Assembly: GCA_001821765.1 (NCBI GenBank)
Contig: MHOA01000002.1
Coordinates: forward strand, 3,141-67,140
Direction: 5' to 3'
Length of the DNA stretch: 64,000 nt
DNA from: Candidatus Ryanbacteria bacterium RIFCSPLOWO2_12_FULL_44_26
GTDB taxonomy: Bacteria; Patescibacteriota; Minisyncoccia; Ryanbacterales; HO2-45-13
Both the position numbers and the translations under genes were made by a program. Below, one piece after another: positions 44,805 through 54,930 of the stretch (positions within the stretch are counted from its first letter, which is position 1; each line of letters opens with the position of its first letter). Below the pieces are notes generated by a model that had not been told where the DNA came from, ran no database searches, and was given only the letters and a program-made list of their open reading frames with translations.

Positions 44805-46532
44805 TCATTTTGCATTTTGATATCTGAAACTTGTATCTACAGCTATAGGCATTCTTTCATCAGACCATCTGACATCCTCAATGCGCAGCCGAAGCTCTCT
44901 TTTCCCGTTCCAATAATTCTCTCCAAATGATGCGGCGACATCCATCTTAACGCCCGGCTTTATTTTTTTAATCAAAATATCTCCAAGAGAAAAACCGACA
45001 GCCGTCACGGTTTTGCCGTTTTCTCCTTTAAACCGCAATTTCACGTGCCCATGACCGCTACTCCCAAGTTCCCAGACATCAAGCGGCTCTATCTGTTCAA
45101 AAAGAAAGACCGGTTTAGGATTCTCAACGCCAAAGGGTTCAAGCTGTGAAATGATGCTAAACGTTTGCTCTGTAACTTGGGAAACCGTCAGTTTCGCATC
45201 CAGTACCAGCGGCTCAAAAGATAACTGCGACGCTGTCTGTCTTAGAAATGATGCCAAGTTTTCCTTAAAACGAAAAAGATGTTCTGCTTTTAAAGTAAAT
45301 CCACCGGCAGAAACGTGCCCCCCAAAGTCAAGAAGAAACTCTTTACCCGCCTCTCTCATAAGATCCACAACATTAACGCCAAAAGGCGCTCTGCATGAAC
45401 CTTTATAATAATCTCCGCCACTACCCCAAACAAAGCAGGGTTTATGAAATTCTTCCATGAGCCTGTTTGCAACAATACCAAGCACTCCTGCGGGCCACGA
45501 TGCATCTCCTATGAAAATAAGTTCCGGCAATGCCGATCTGTCTGCTATCATACGCTGTGCTTCATTTAAAATGTCTCTGACTTTTTGCTTTCGTTCCAAA
45601 TTAATTTCCTCCAAGTGCGCCGCAAACCGCTCCGCTTGAGTTTGATCATCCGTTGTTAAAAGCTCATACGAAATAGTGGCGTGCGCCATTCTGCTTGCGG
45701 CATTAATTCGGGGAGCAATAAGATACCCTATGTCTTCTGCCGTTATACGCCTTGGATCTATTCCGGCTTTTTTGAAAAGCTCCAAAAGCCCCTTGCGGCG
45801 CGTTTTTCTTAGCACCGCCAAACCATACCTTAGTAGCACCCTGTTTTCACCGGTTAAAGGAACCATATCAGCAACCGTAGAAATGGCAACAACGTCCAAC
45901 AACCATTTCTGCCATCCTTCTACCACGTTCCATTTGTATTTTTTCATCATCGCATCGACCAACTTAAACGCCAAGGCAGTTCCGCAGATGTACTTATAAG
46001 GATATTGTTCGTCTTCTCTTTTGGGATTTAATACAGCATGCGCCGGTGGCCACGCGGGAGGAATAATATGATGATCAAGAATAATGACATCTACTCCATT
46101 TGCTTGGGCATACTCAATCTCTTTGAAGTTCGTTACACCGCAATCAATAGTAATAATTAACCCGGCTCCATCGGCTGTAAAATCCCTTACATGCTGCATT
46201 TTAAGCCCGTACCCTTCTTTATGGCGGTCTGGTATATACACCTCAAAATTCAAAAAACCAATCTGTCTTAAAAAATCCGAAAGAATAACTGCTCCGCCGG
46301 TTCCATCGGCGTCGTAGTCGCCGAATAGTATCACTCTTTCATTCCCATCAATCGCTTTTTTAAACCGTTCGGTTGCCTTTTCCATATCACGAAACAGAAA
46401 CGGATTATGGGTGTCCTGTTCATAATCAGGACGCAGGAAAGATTCCGATTCGCCCGCATTGATATTGCGTGCTTTCAGCAACAGCTCCAAAAGGCCATAT
46501 TCACTTTGCTCGCGTAAAACCCACTCTCTCAT
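44805..46532 (-). CDS. recJ: Single-stranded-DNA-specific exonuclease RecJ
   Basis: GDYDADG, EGYG, DHH, PRINAASR, FGGH, PFG..NP.P. Confidence 0.95.
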   Translation of the reverse strand: MREWVLREQSEYGLLELLLKARNINAGESESFLRPDYEQDTHNPFLFRDMEKATERFKKAIDGNERVILFGDYDADGTGGAVILSDFLRQIGFLNFEVYIPDRHKEGYGLKMQHVRDFTADGAGLIITIDCGVTNFKEIEYAQANGVDVIILDHHIIPPAWPPAHAVLNPKREDEQYPYKYICGTALAFKLVDAMMKKYKWNVVEGWQKWLLDVVAISTVADMVPLTGENRVLLRYGLAVLRKTRRKGLLELFKKAGIDPRRITAEDIGYLIAPRINAASRMAHATISYELLTTDDQTQAERFAAHLEEINLERKQKVRDILNEAQRMIADRSALPELIFIGDASWPAGVLGIVANRLMEEFHKPCFVWGSGGDYYKGSCRAPFGVNVVDLMREAGKEFLLDFGGHVSAGGFTLKAEHLFRFKENLASFLRQTASQLSFEPLVLDAKLTVSQVTEQTFSIISQLEPFGVENPKPVFLFEQIEPLDVWELGSSGHGHVKLRFKGENGKTVTAVGFSLGDILIKKIKPGVKMDVAASFGENYWNGKRELRLRIEDVRWSDERMPIAVDTSFRYQNAK

Positions 46533-47599
46533 CTTTTTGATTTTAACAGCGCGTCAATACCCGGCATCCTGCCATCTTCAAGAAATTCCAGCATAGCTCC
46601 CCCGCCGGTTGAAATATGATAAAATTGGTGTTCCTTTTTCATCCTCTTAATCACTGCATGCGTATCTCCCCCGCCCACAACCACCCGCGCCTTCGATGCA
46701 CCTAAAACGCGGATCAGATCTTCCGTGCCCTTAACATATCCTTTTTCTATAAGACCTAAAGGCCCGTTCCATAACACCAGTTTTGATTTTTTCGCATACA
46801 AGGCAATCAGTTGTATGGTCCTGGGACCTGCGTCAAAAATCATATCATTCTTTTTTATACTGTTTGCTTCACGAACGACATGCTTTGTTACAACAACATC
46901 AATGGGCAATTGAATCTTTTTCTTTTTCAGATAGCGCTGCTGTATCGTAGAGATCATGTTTTTTTCCACTTTGGTTTTCCCCACTAAATACCCTTTTGCA
47001 TGCAGAAATGTGTTTGCAATAGCGCCGACAATGACAATATGATCCGCTTTTTTTAAAAACCGCTCAAGAACACTAAGCTTCGTTTCCAGTTTCATGCCCC
47101 CAAGAATACACAAAAAGGGACGGGGGGGATAAAGCGCTTCTTCAAGAATCTTAATTTCTTTCAGAAATAAAAATCCGGCATAGGAAGGAAGTAATTGAGG
47201 AATTCCGATAATAGAAGCGTGCGGACGATGAGAAGCGCTAAAGGCATCGTTAACATACATATCTCCAAACGAGGCAAGATATGCGGCAAACCGCCTGGAA
47301 TTCGTTTTCTCTCCTTTATGGAAACGCACATTTTCAAGAAACTGAACGGGACGTTTGAGCAATTGTTCCAACCTTGCCCTTACCGGCTTTACCGAACGGA
47401 TTGGGTCAAGGTGCGTGATAAGAACTGGATGCGCCTTGTGCTTAAAAAGCCATATGAGAGTGGGTAAAGAAGCGCGTATCCTGAAATCATCCGCTACCCT
47501 GCCGTTTGTTATCGGCACATTAAAATCGCATCTTACAAGCACACGCTTTCCTCTCACGCGCGCGTTTTTTATGGAAGGCAGTTTATGATACAACTTCAT
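46529..47599 (-). CDS. pgk: Phosphoglycerate kinase
   Basis: RCDFNVP, LENVRF, VNDAF, WNGPLG, GGGDT, STGGGA. Confidence 0.95.
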   Translation of the reverse strand: MKLYHKLPSIKNARVRGKRVLVRCDFNVPITNGRVADDFRIRASLPTLIWLFKHKAHPVLITHLDPIRSVKPVRARLEQLLKRPVQFLENVRFHKGEKTNSRRFAAYLASFGDMYVNDAFSASHRPHASIIGIPQLLPSYAGFLFLKEIKILEEALYPPRPFLCILGGMKLETKLSVLERFLKKADHIVIVGAIANTFLHAKGYLVGKTKVEKNMISTIQQRYLKKKKIQLPIDVVVTKHVVREANSIKKNDMIFDAGPRTIQLIALYAKKSKLVLWNGPLGLIEKGYVKGTEDLIRVLGASKARVVVGGGDTHAVIKRMKKEHQFYHISTGGGAMLEFLEDGRMPGIDALLKSKR

Positions 47600-48350
47600 C
47601 GCTTGCGTGCACTATTGCTAAGAAACGCTCGGCGTGCAAACTCTGACCCCCAACTAAAAATCCGGCCACCCGTCCTTTTACGAGAAATTCCGGAGCATTT
47701 GCTGAATCAACGGAACCGCCGTATAAAATCCGAATCTTCGCGGCTATTTTTCTTGAAAACATTGTGCTCAGCGTTTTCTCAATAAAAAGTGCCATCTCAA
47801 GCACATCATCCGGCGTTGCCGGCTTTCCCGTTCCAATAGCCCACACCGGTTCGTATGCAACTGCGAGCGACGAAAGACAGCTTCTAGGAACGCCCTTAAG
47901 AGCGGAGGCAAGCTGCTTTTGTATAAACCTAAAATATTTCCCTTCGCCATCCCGCTTCACTTCTCCAACACAAAGGACGGGCTTTAATCTTGCATCAAAC
48001 GATGCTTTCAGTTTTTTTCTTACCATTTCATCCGTTTCTGCCAGATGCGCTCTTCGCTCAGAATGTCCGACGATGACATACTCGCCGCCAACACCGCGTA
48101 TCATCGCGCCTGATATCTCTCCGGTATACGCCCCTGCCCCTTCCCAAAAGAGATTCTGACTACCAAGTGAAATGCCTCCGGAATTATCGGTAAGCTTTTT
48201 AAAGAGAGGCAAAAAAACGAACGGGGGGCAGATTACTATATGAACACGCTGAAATCTCCGCGCACCTTTTCGTATTTCGTAAAAAAGCTTCCGGGCGGCG
48301 TCTGGACTATTCGGATTCATCTTTAAGTTTGCAACGATAAGTTTCTTCAT
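47583..48350 (-). CDS. tpiA: Triosephosphate isomerase
   Basis: N.KMN, GHSERR, AYEPVWAIGTG, YGGSV. Confidence 0.96.
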   Translation of the reverse strand: MKKLIVANLKMNPNSPDAARKLFYEIRKGARRFQRVHIVICPPFVFLPLFKKLTDNSGGISLGSQNLFWEGAGAYTGEISGAMIRGVGGEYVIVGHSERRAHLAETDEMVRKKLKASFDARLKPVLCVGEVKRDGEGKYFRFIQKQLASALKGVPRSCLSSLAVAYEPVWAIGTGKPATPDDVLEMALFIEKTLSTMFSRKIAAKIRILYGGSVDSANAPEFLVKGRVAGFLVGGQSLHAERFLAIVHASDEVVS

Positions 48351-48456
48351 AAAACCACTTGGTCTTAAAAATATTCTGGACGGTTTTCAGTTTTCATCTC
48401 TCATCAAACAGAAACGGCAGTATACTCATATAACATAAAATCAGTATATCATCTGA

Positions 48457-49068
48457 TCATTTAATGAAGAACTTTAACACCAAAAAGCCGCCGATCAGGA
48501 GCACGACGAACAGCACTGCAAGGGTATCAAAATGGCGGTGTATAAATATTTTCATGCGCTCGCCATAGATCCGCAAAAGCCCTGCAACAAGAAAAAAGCG
48601 AAGACCCCGTCCCAGCAAAGAAGCGAAAAGGAATGTCAGTGGCTGAATCTTAAAAAATCCCGCAGAAAGTGTAATCACTTTATAAGGAATCGGGGTAAAT
48701 GCCGCGGAAAACACCGCTAAAAACGCATAGGCGCTATATCGGTTTCCAATCTCCTTTACGAGGGATTCAGCGTGATAAAAATCAATAATAGCAACTCCGA
48801 CGGTCCCGTAAAGGAAATATCCAATAAGGTATCCTGCAATACCGCCGAGCAAAGAACCAACAACGGCAATCGTTGCATAGCGAAACCATTTCAGCGGAAC
48901 GGCAACAACCATCGCTATGAGAAGCACATCCGGCGGAATAGGAAAAACAGAGCTTTCAAAAAAAGCTAAGAGAAAAAGGGCCAATGCGGCGTAGGGATGC
49001 GAAGCCCATGCAAGCGTCCAATGATAAAGCGCGTGGAGCGCTCCCATTGTCTTTGTGAATAGTTTCAT
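48457..49068 (-). CDS. YqaA/DedA family membrane protein
   Basis: ESSVFPIPPD, FTPIPYK, R..RF. Confidence 0.9.
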   Translation of the reverse strand: MKLFTKTMGALHALYHWTLAWASHPYAALALFLLAFFESSVFPIPPDVLLIAMVVAVPLKWFRYATIAVVGSLLGGIAGYLIGYFLYGTVGVAIIDFYHAESLVKEIGNRYSAYAFLAVFSAAFTPIPYKVITLSAGFFKIQPLTFLFASLLGRGLRFFLVAGLLRIYGERMKIFIHRHFDTLAVLFVVLLIGGFLVLKFFIK

Positions 49069-50105
49069 TTACTGACAAATCTTCTTAGATACTGAGCGGC
49101 GTCTTCCGGCGAAACGGTAACAATCTCAAGACCCGTTCCTAGTTCAACGCCGCCGAAGGTTGCAGTCTTAGGCAATATCTCTAAGTGCCAATGATAATGA
49201 TCAAAATGACCTCTGCCAAACGGAGTGGTGTGAATGAAGTAATTATATGCTATGTCATTTAAACCGCGATAAATGCTGCGCAGCGCGGCAATAAGGACGT
49301 CGGCCAGCAACGGGCGATCTTTCGTGGCAATGCTTTCAAAACGTGATTGATGCTTCAGCGGATAAATGCGCATCTCAAACGCGGCTTTGGAAACATGAGG
49401 AGCCAGCAAAATAAACGACTTATTTTTATAAAGCACCCGTTCTTTCTTTCGTCGTTCCCACCGAATGATATCACAATGTACGCAGCGTCTTTTGCGATGA
49501 TAATATCTGCGTGAACCCTGAATAGAAACATGCACATCTGCAGGCACGATCGGGAGCGCAATGAGCTGCGAATGGGGATGATAGATGGAAGCGCCGGCTT
49601 CCCGCCCGTGATTATGAAAGACCAAAACATACTCAAGACATTTTTCCGCGGAAAGATCATGGATGCGTTCCTGGTAAGCCCGAATAATCAATTCCACCTC
49701 CTCAACGCTCATATGAGCAATGCTTCTGGAGTGAGGGCTTGTCACAACAACTTCATGAAAACCAACGCCTTGCATATACGCGCCGACGCCGTCACGGATC
49801 AGCGTTGGGCATGTTTTATAATGATGAGACAAAGCGGGATATTTGTTCCGAATGACCTGTAAAAACCAGTCGCGGAGCACAACAACATCCCCCTTCTTGC
49901 GTTTTTGAGGATGCACGAACCATAAAAGAGGAGAGCCGTTTCCTGACTTTTGCGGATCTTCAAAAGGACATGCGGCTCGCGGCGGGGATTTTTCTTTTTT
50001 GCTCCTTGCAAATTGGTTCGGCCTCCTCGCGCGCACGGTGCTTAAAAGCACCCACTCACCGCTTACCGGATCCTGACGCAATTCCGTTTTAGGGTGTTCC
50101 ATCAT
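49065..50105 (-). CDS. galT: Galactose-1-phosphate uridylyltransferase-like (HIT) protein
   Basis: ELRQDPVSGEWV, RARRP, CPF, NKYPAL, AGASIYHPHSQ. Confidence 0.88.
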   Translation of the reverse strand: MMEHPKTELRQDPVSGEWVLLSTVRARRPNQFARSKKEKSPPRAACPFEDPQKSGNGSPLLWFVHPQKRKKGDVVVLRDWFLQVIRNKYPALSHHYKTCPTLIRDGVGAYMQGVGFHEVVVTSPHSRSIAHMSVEEVELIIRAYQERIHDLSAEKCLEYVLVFHNHGREAGASIYHPHSQLIALPIVPADVHVSIQGSRRYYHRKRRCVHCDIIRWERRKKERVLYKNKSFILLAPHVSKAAFEMRIYPLKHQSRFESIATKDRPLLADVLIAALRSIYRGLNDIAYNYFIHTTPFGRGHFDHYHWHLEILPKTATFGGVELGTGLEIVTVSPEDAAQYLRRFVSK

Positions 50106-50117
50106 TATAACTGCCGC

Positions 50118-50873
50118 TTAACGGTCATCAGACATGTGATACCTATTTCTGCGTATCCACCAACCTATCTTTGTTGTTTCCCATAAAGTGTAAAGATAAC
50201 CTGACAACTTCACTTTGCTGCGGGGGTCGTTTACCCAGTAAGCCGCAACAATGCCGATTTGCATCTTCATCGCACGGGCAAGCGCAAGCACCTCAACATC
50301 AAAACCCCACCTGTTTATACGAGTAATTGAAAATATCCTCTTTGCAGCATCAGCTCTAAATGCTTTAAATCCACATTGTGTGTCCCAAATGCCGCGCACC
50401 GCAAGAAGCTGGATGTACAGGTTTCCAATGTTACCAATGAGGCGCTTATGCCATTGCTGTGATACCTCCTGCCGAGCGCCGGCGGCGTCTTTCGGATCTC
50501 GCGAACAAATAACCACATCATACCCTTTATCAAAAAGCGGGCGCATTTTATCAAAATGCGAAATATCTGTTGAGTTGTCAGCATCCGCAAAAAGGCGAAG
50601 GCGTCCGTTGGCTTTCAACATCCCCTCCCTGACGGTATAGCCCTTGCCGCGATTTTCTTTCCGATCAATCCACCAAACGTTGGGAATCTTCTTTGCAAGC
50701 TGAGAAACCTTCTGTATGGTAAGGTCTTTCGAGCCATCTGAAACAACAATTATTTCCCACGTATATGGTACTCGTGCAAGATACTTATATACCTGATGTA
50801 TTGTTATTTCTATTCGCTCATCCTCGTTATATGCCGGAATGATAACCGAGAGATATATATCCTTCTGTTCCAT
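50118..50873 (-). CDS. Glycosyltransferase family 2 (dolichyl-phosphate glucosyltransferase-like)
   Basis: SVIIPAYNE, DGSKD, NRGKG, DAD, DTQCGFK, FDVE. Confidence 0.9.
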   Translation of the reverse strand: MEQKDIYLSVIIPAYNEDERIEITIHQVYKYLARVPYTWEIIVVSDGSKDLTIQKVSQLAKKIPNVWWIDRKENRGKGYTVREGMLKANGRLRLFADADNSTDISHFDKMRPLFDKGYDVVICSRDPKDAAGARQEVSQQWHKRLIGNIGNLYIQLLAVRGIWDTQCGFKAFRADAAKRIFSITRINRWGFDVEVLALARAMKMQIGIVAAYWVNDPRSKVKLSGYLYTLWETTKIGWWIRRNRYHMSDDR

Positions 50874-50935
50874 AAAGTCATTGTATCATACCTTTGAGTT
50901 TCTTTTAAAACCGCGAGGGATCGGAGCAGCGTCCT

Positions 50936-50964
50936 TTGACATAAAAACGCAAATATATTACAAT
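50936..50964 (+). promoter_or_regulatory. Sigma70-type promoter of the adhesin gene
   Basis: TTGACA-17 nt-TACAAT. Confidence 0.7.
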
Positions 50965-51072
50965 GCCATCCGTTACCAATACATCATGCTCCTTTAAAAC
51001 TGAATAGGTAATTGAGATGCCTCGCCAGCGCGTATTATAAGGTCTTATACATTAGGTAATTACTGGGATGGT

Positions 51073-53622
51073 ATGAAAAGAATATTATACATATTCTTTT
51101 CTCTTGCCTTTACTGCCGCGCCGCTTCAGGTATTTGGAGCTGAAATCGTATGGACACAAACCGACTGGTCTGGAGGCGCAGGAACATCGTCAATAAACCA
51201 GTATGAATCAGCGGACGATATCAACACAACAATACCTGGAGAGCTTCGCCTTAAAACACAAACACACACCGTAGACACCCACACGCTGACCGTGACTGCG
51301 GGGGATGAAATTCCCCATCATCGCGCCCGAAACGTCGCGGACGCCGATGACTCAACTTATTGGGAAAGCCATGTGATCCCGGCGTGGGTTCAGCTTGAGC
51401 TCGACGAAGCAAGACTGCTCTCGCGAATTGACCTTGTCATCTCCAAAGGGAAAGTAAGTGAACATATAATATCTGAACTGCCCGTTGATTTCCGCATTGA
51501 TATTTCCCAAACCGGGGCATTTGCCGGAGAAGAAGTACGAATCGCAGAGGTTACCGGCAACACAGAAGCGGGAACAAAGCAGTTTCTGTTTGATCCAACG
51601 CCGGTGCGGTTCGTAAAACTGACCATAACTCGCGTGCCGGAAGATGGCACAGGACACGTGGAAATAAGAGAGCTTGTTCTCTATACAGAGGAAAGTCCTG
51701 GTTTAGGAACGCTTGTTTCATCCGTGTTTGACGCAGGAACAACCACAAATTGGACAACGCTTTCATTCGACGGAAATACCACTTCTACATCAGCTGTTAC
51801 GTTTATGACGCGAACAGGTGCAAACACCGATGCGTTAGGATCCTTCCAGCCATTGAACGAAAGTGCGATTCAAAGTCCAAACGGGCAATTTATTCAGTAC
51901 AAAGTGGAAATGTCCGGGGATACGGCATTGGCGGTAACAGAAATCCGCATCCATGGAGAACATGAAAAAGACAGAACCGATGAAACTCCCGAGTGCAGTA
52001 TAAAGGGCCTATATGGATTGTACTATAATCTGCCGAATAACCACCCCGATGTTGAAAAAAGAATCACGGGGATTATAGCGGGAACGGCGCCGTCTGACTA
52101 CGACTGGTTTGACGAATCGTTCTTGAGCTTTAAGCGAAACGACGCAATAGATTCGTTCAACAATCCGGACAATTACTTTCCGGTAGATAATGGTTTAGAC
52201 GGCGACCCGTATCATTTCGCTGTGCACTGGACAGGATCGGTCTATGCCGCAAATACCGGAAGGTACCCCGTCATAATCGGTTCTGATGATGATTCGTGGG
52301 TGTTCATAAATGACAAGGAGGTCTTAAACCTCGGGGGAACTCATGCGTTCGTCGCGACAACAACAACCCTTGAGCTTAGCGCGGGAACTTCAACAGTTGA
52401 TATATACTTTGCAGAACGGCACACCAGAGCATCGGGCTTTCAGTTTATTCCGGATGAGCAACTGATATTTTCTCCCTGTATTGAACGTGCAGAAGAAAAC
52501 CGCCTTCCCGTCTTCACTGGCCCCCAACAAGCAACGACAACCGTTGCAACATTGCTTGAATTTACCGTAACGGCGGGGGATCCCGATGGGGATGCCCTCG
52601 TTATCACCGCAAATCTTCCTCACAAGGCAACATATGCAACAAGCACAGGGCTTTTTGCTTGGATTCCCGAACAAACGGGTACTTCGACTGCAACATTCTT
52701 TGCATTTGACGGAACCGGTACCAGTACGCATGAAACGTTTATCACCGTCATGGCAACGTCAACAGAGATAAATCTGCCTCCCCTGTTTATTGATTTTGCT
52801 CCCCCAACAACCGCAACAGTCCATGAGCTTTATTCGTATGATGCAGAGGCCGTGGATCCGGAAGGTGATCCTATATCTTTCAGTCTTTTGGAAGAACCTG
52901 CCGGCATGACCATTGCAACCTCAACCGGCATCATCGAATGGATTCCGGATGAAAGTCAGGCTTCCTCAACACCGTACGAGATACTTATTGAAGCAAAGGA
53001 TTTGTTCGGTAAAGCGACTTCTTCGTTTAGCATCACGGTTTTGCGCCCAAGTGATGGCGCAAACGATGATAGCGGAACGGGCGGCAACGGCGGCGGAACA
53101 CCTCCGTCACCTCCGGCAGGTCATGGAATTATTCTTGCAAGTCAGGCTCCAGGAGCTGGAGGCGGAGGCCCGAGAAAAACGGAACTGCCCAAGCCCTCTC
53201 AACCTGCACAGAAAGAGAAAGAAGAAAAGGAAGAAAAAACAAGTACTTCCGCAAGTGATTCAGCACCTTTAAAAACAACTCCGAAGAAAGAAACACCAAT
53301 AAAACCACCGGCTGAAATTCAGCCAAAAGACATCTCAATTACTGAAACACCCGAAGTGAAAGCGCAAACAACGACCCCGGCTGGCGGTCGAAGTTTTGCA
53401 GCTCTATTGTTTGCGGGATTACTTAAAAACTTCCTTCGCTGGCTTCGGGCTCATTGCTGTTTGCTGTTGTTTATATTGTGGTTACTGACGCTTCTGGCGT
53501 TCATCCTGTATATCTTGCGCGAGCGAAAAAAGCGCAAAAGTATTGAAGGAATGAGCGATACCACAACTCCGTCAACGGGAGAAGAGTTGAAAGAATCAAT
53601 ATCCAGCTTTCCCCGACCATAA
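51073..53622 (+). CDS. Surface adhesin-like protein (discoidin-like, PA14/fibro-slime, Ig/cadherin-like repeats, C-terminal TM)
   Basis: Signal peptide; YWES..WVQLEL; SDDDSWVFIN...LGG.H...FAERH; two DP(D/E)GD...TG...W.P repeats; Pro/Gly/Lys linker; TM followed by RKKRK. Confidence 0.8.
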   Translation: MKRILYIFFSLAFTAAPLQVFGAEIVWTQTDWSGGAGTSSINQYESADDINTTIPGELRLKTQTHTVDTHTLTVTAGDEIPHHRARNVADADDSTYWESHVIPAWVQLELDEARLLSRIDLVISKGKVSEHIISELPVDFRIDISQTGAFAGEEVRIAEVTGNTEAGTKQFLFDPTPVRFVKLTITRVPEDGTGHVEIRELVLYTEESPGLGTLVSSVFDAGTTTNWTTLSFDGNTTSTSAVTFMTRTGANTDALGSFQPLNESAIQSPNGQFIQYKVEMSGDTALAVTEIRIHGEHEKDRTDETPECSIKGLYGLYYNLPNNHPDVEKRITGIIAGTAPSDYDWFDESFLSFKRNDAIDSFNNPDNYFPVDNGLDGDPYHFAVHWTGSVYAANTGRYPVIIGSDDDSWVFINDKEVLNLGGTHAFVATTTTLELSAGTSTVDIYFAERHTRASGFQFIPDEQLIFSPCIERAEENRLPVFTGPQQATTTVATLLEFTVTAGDPDGDALVITANLPHKATYATSTGLFAWIPEQTGTSTATFFAFDGTGTSTHETFITVMATSTEINLPPLFIDFAPPTTATVHELYSYDAEAVDPEGDPISFSLLEEPAGMTIATSTGIIEWIPDESQASSTPYEILIEAKDLFGKATSSFSITVLRPSDGANDDSGTGGNGGGTPPSPPAGHGIILASQAPGAGGGGPRKTELPKPSQPAQKEKEEKEEKTSTSASDSAPLKTTPKKETPIKPPAEIQPKDISITETPEVKAQTTTPAGGRSFAALLFAGLLKNFLRWLRAHCCLLLFILWLLTLLAFILYILRERKKRKSIEGMSDTTTPSTGEELKESISSFPRP

Positions 53623-53668
53623 TTGAACACGGCAACACTCATAAGCCCAAACAAAGCAAGAGAAAGGA

Positions 53669-53710
53669 TAAAACCCAAAAGCCGCCCCTAAGGGCGGCTT
53701 TTGGGTTTTA
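53669..53710. terminator. Bidirectional terminator between convergent genes
   Basis: Perfect 19-bp stem taaaacccaaaagccgccc / gggcggcttttgggtttta. Confidence 0.85.
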
Positions 53711-53728
53711 AATTCCATGAAAAACACA

Positions 53729-54121
53729 TTACACAACATTTACCTTATCAAGATATCCCTGCAAGATTAACGCCGCAGAAGATGCGTCAATCATTTCCTT
53801 TGTGGTGGTATTCGGTCTTACTGCTTTGGTGCTTAAAACTTCTTTTTCAAATACTACCGGGGGGTGGAATTCGTTTTTAAGCTTGAGCGCAAATGCACGC
53901 GCCTTAGCCGTCATGGCCGTTTCAGTGCCGTCCAAACCGAGCGGCAAACCGACAACAATAGTACAGACTCGTTCTTTTTCAACAAGTTCTGATAGATATT
54001 GCGCAACTGTATCCCAATTGTTCTCAATCACAACCTTCGGAAAAGCAATACGCCCACCCTCATCAGAAAGGGCTATGCCGATCTTTTTTGTCCCGTAATC
54101 AATTCCCAGATATCTTGCCAT
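53729..54121 (-). CDS. ruvX: YqgF/RuvX family nuclease
   Basis: LGIDYGTKKIGIALSD, VVGLP, ID..SAALILQ. Confidence 0.9.
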   Translation of the reverse strand: MARYLGIDYGTKKIGIALSDEGGRIAFPKVVIENNWDTVAQYLSELVEKERVCTIVVGLPLGLDGTETAMTAKARAFALKLKNEFHPPVVFEKEVLSTKAVRPNTTTKEMIDASSAALILQGYLDKVNVV

Positions 54122-54137
54122 ATCATCAAACCATCAC

Positions 54138-54160
54138 CCACGCTGGTGCCACCAGCGTGG
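54138..54160. repeat. Short perfect palindrome in the map-ruvX spacer
   Basis: ccacgctggt-gcc-accagcgtgg; no U tract. Confidence 0.6.
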
Positions 54161-54171
54161 TAGTGTCGCGG

Positions 54172-54930
54172 TTATGTTGTAAGGACTTCCGCGCCGTTTT
54201 TGGTTACGAGAATGGTGTGTTCAAAGTGCGCCGACGGTTTTCCATCTTCGGTAACCCACGCCCATCCATCTTCCGCGAGTTTCAACGCCGGAGCTCCTAA
54301 CGTCACCATCGGTTCAATGGCAAGCACCATCCCTTCAAGCAACTTCGGCCCGCTACCGCGCTTTCCGTGGTTGGGAACTTGCGGCTCCTCATGCGCCGCT
54401 TGACCGACACCATGCCCGACAAGCTCGCGCACAATTCCGTAACCATATTTTTGAACATACGATTCAATGGCATGTCCTATATCTCCAACATGCCCTCCGA
54501 TACACGCTGCTTTTATTCCGCGCTCCAAAGCTGTTTTTGTTACCTGGAGCAATTGCCTCAATTCATCGCTTATATTACCAACGCCAATCGTGACTGCCAT
54601 ATCAGTAAAAAGTCCCTTATACTGCATCCCCACATCAAGGCCGATAATATCACCCGATCGCAAAATCCGCTCACTGGGTATTGCATGAACCAACTCTTCA
54701 TTCACCGACGTGCAAAGCGTCGCGGGATACGGTCCTTTTGCGCCCTTGGGGATATAACCATTAAAGGAGGGGGTTGCGCCGGATTCAAAAATTAACTGTT
54801 CTGCAAGAGCATCAAGCTCTTTTGTAGTTACTCCGGCACGTACTATTTCACAAACACAAGACAAAATGCCGGAAAGGATTTTCCCCCCTTCTTTGAGAAT
54901 CCGCACTTCTTTTTCCAAACGAGCTATCAA
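54172..54930 (-). CDS. map: Methionine aminopeptidase type I
   Basis: SVNE..VHAIP, GHGVG..HE.P, AIEPM, SAHFEHT. Confidence 0.96.
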   Translation of the reverse strand: MIARLEKEVRILKEGGKILSGILSCVCEIVRAGVTTKELDALAEQLIFESGATPSFNGYIPKGAKGPYPATLCTSVNEELVHAIPSERILRSGDIIGLDVGMQYKGLFTDMAVTIGVGNISDELRQLLQVTKTALERGIKAACIGGHVGDIGHAIESYVQKYGYGIVRELVGHGVGQAAHEEPQVPNHGKRGSGPKLLEGMVLAIEPMVTLGAPALKLAEDGWAWVTEDGKPSAHFEHTILVTKNGAEVLTT

